The notes beneath the pieces were generated by a model. The model saw only the letters and a list, made by a program, of their open reading frames with translations, was not told the origin of the DNA and ran no database searches. A stretch of DNA of 64,000 nucleotides, taken from Entomortierella parvispora E1425 (lineage: Eukaryota; Fungi; Mortierellomycota). Both the position numbers and the translations under genes were made by a program. Shown here piece by piece: positions 62,701 to 64,000 of the stretch (positions within the stretch are counted from its first letter, which is position 1; each line of letters begins with the position of its first letter). The stretch covers positions 1,240,001-1,304,000 of the forward strand of contig BQFW01000002.1 of assembly GCA_020891255.1 (NCBI GenBank), read 5' to 3'.

Positions 62701-64000
62701 TCTCATCATAGGCCAGGTCAATATCCGACGCTGAAAGTCCAGCCTCAGAGATCCTCTGAAATGACTTTTTGGATTCTTTGTCAGCTTCTGGCGGCTTTGT
62801 ATCGTAGAGGGCCTGGAGCGGAGCAACAAAGTGATGAAGCTGATCGGTGCGACCACTCGAGTAATATTTCGCAACTTTGTTCAGAAGCTTGCTCATGGAG
62901 TGACGCCAGTGCGATCGACTTGGTTTGTCCGAGCTGGAGTCTTTGGTGGCTTTTTGCTCGTTCTTTTTCTTGACTGCACTTGACTTCCGCTCCTTATGTG
63001 CCGCCATTCGATCCGGGGCCAACCAAGCCGATAAAAGATAGCGCAGGAGATAATCAAGAGCTTTTTCATAAATCTTCCCTTCCCACAAGTTACTGATGGC
63101 GGTTGCGCATTGACGAGTATGAGCCTCGACAACTTTGGAGTACCTGTCTTTGTGGGGGGCGATCAGACCCGGGACCTTACTGTCGATGGTCTTTGCCAAC
63201 TCTAGCCATTTCGTATGATTGCCAGACTCCTTCTCTAGCCAAGTTTTTCTGCGAGCTATTGGATCCTTTTTGAACTGTGTGTAGAGTTGGCTCAGGTGGT
63301 TTTGTGATAGAACGTTGCGGATGTCGCTATGGAGACTAGAGTTCTTGTTTTCGATGTCACTCTGCAGTGCGACTATTGGTGCCACGTTAAGTATCCTTTG
63401 TTCAGGCGGGATGATGCATTCTGATGGTAAAATATCGCCCAGGCATAGGGTACCCTGTTGCCCTGAGAAGACACCGCCTGCTATCTGCAATTCAATAACA
63501 GATGAAGAGTATCAGCATCAACTTCGATATATGTAGTACAGTGCTACAACGTCAGACTCTGACATCCAGATTCAACTCACCAGGATCGTTCCAACTTGTG
63601 CCAGGAGGTAAAGCGACTGTTCAACGTCCGTTAAGTGATCCTGTGCTTCTTGAAGAAGACTAATAATTCTGCTAAAGTCTTCGTGGTTCGAAAGACCGGG
63701 ATGAAGGGCTTGCTTCATTGTGACCGTACATGTTCGCCATTCCTCAGTGTTCTCGTCATCGTCCGCAGTGTTGGGCTCAGGTTCCCTTCCTTCATCTGGA
63801 CCACATTCCTTTCTCTTCTTTCCTTTTTCAGCCTGAAGTTGGTTGTCTGCCAGACTCTGCTCGGAATTTGTCCAGATTTCGTCAAACTGTCTTTGAACAA
63901 CCTCGCACCAAACACGAAGATTGTTGTTGCTGGTAGCTGCAGTGATGTCGCTGACGACCTGCATACGCGTCAAAGACTGGTTCCTTTGTTCGATGTATAA
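59793..64000 (-). CDS. Fanzor1-like (eukaryotic TnpB family) RuvC nuclease, at least 1309 aa, 5'-truncated by the window
   Basis: Exons 64000-63581, 63484-61977, 61887-61115 and 61021-59793 total 3930 nt with no internal stop. RuvC-I ICSEDPG (D at 61200-61202), the motif VIFMGAAGTGVGSRIGGH, RuvC-II VVTDEYMSTQRCCFC (E at 60240-60242), Zn finger partner CFNTAC, and RuvC-III RPRDTQACVCI (D at 60060-60062). Confidence 0.88.
59853..59935 (-). ncRNA. Candidate Fanzor omegaRNA scaffold overlapping the 3' end of the ORF
   Basis: Consecutive stem-loops downstream of RuvC-III: GTAGCAC-a-ATCCG-agg-CGGAT-caa-GTGCTGC, CCTC-GAAC-GAGG and TACAG-7nt-CTGTA. The location matches where TnpB/Fanzor omegaRNAs usually lie. 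Boundaries are unproven. Confidence 0.45.

Noticed and set aside
1-64000. CRISPR array or rRNA genes
   Set aside because: No regularly spaced repeat-spacer units and no rRNA-length conserved sequence were seen; the repeats present are microsatellites and short duplications.

Overview
Intron-rich fungal genomic DNA of roughly balanced GC content. Gene style and gene families suggest an early-diverging fungus, most likely Mortierellaceae (inference). By manual splice reconstruction the window holds 18 protein-coding genes and 3 tRNA genes. Conserved genes: a micro-exon ACOT13-like thioesterase missed by the ORF track, V-ATPase subunit B, seipin (GC-AG first intron), a membrane alpha/beta hydrolase, two tandem CipC-like genes, an alcohol acetyltransferase, PP2C, a chitin-binding GPI-type protein, glucose-6-phosphate 1-epimerase, an Msn2/4-like polyQ C2H2 factor behind an 11.5 kb gene desert, VAP/Scs2, an NPP phosphodiesterase and an Ert1/AcuK-like Zn2Cys6 factor. 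Four genes are orphans. The standout is at the right end: three minus-strand ORFs splice together through three canonical introns into one frame-intact Fanzor1-like (eukaryotic TnpB-family, RNA-guided RuvC nuclease) gene of at least 1309 aa, open at the window edge. All three catalytic acidic residues are present. It also has an extra Cys/His motif, a stop-free in-frame intron inside RuvC, and hairpin or inverted-repeat clusters at and beyond its 3' end that are candidates for the omegaRNA and element end. No CRISPR array or rRNA was seen.
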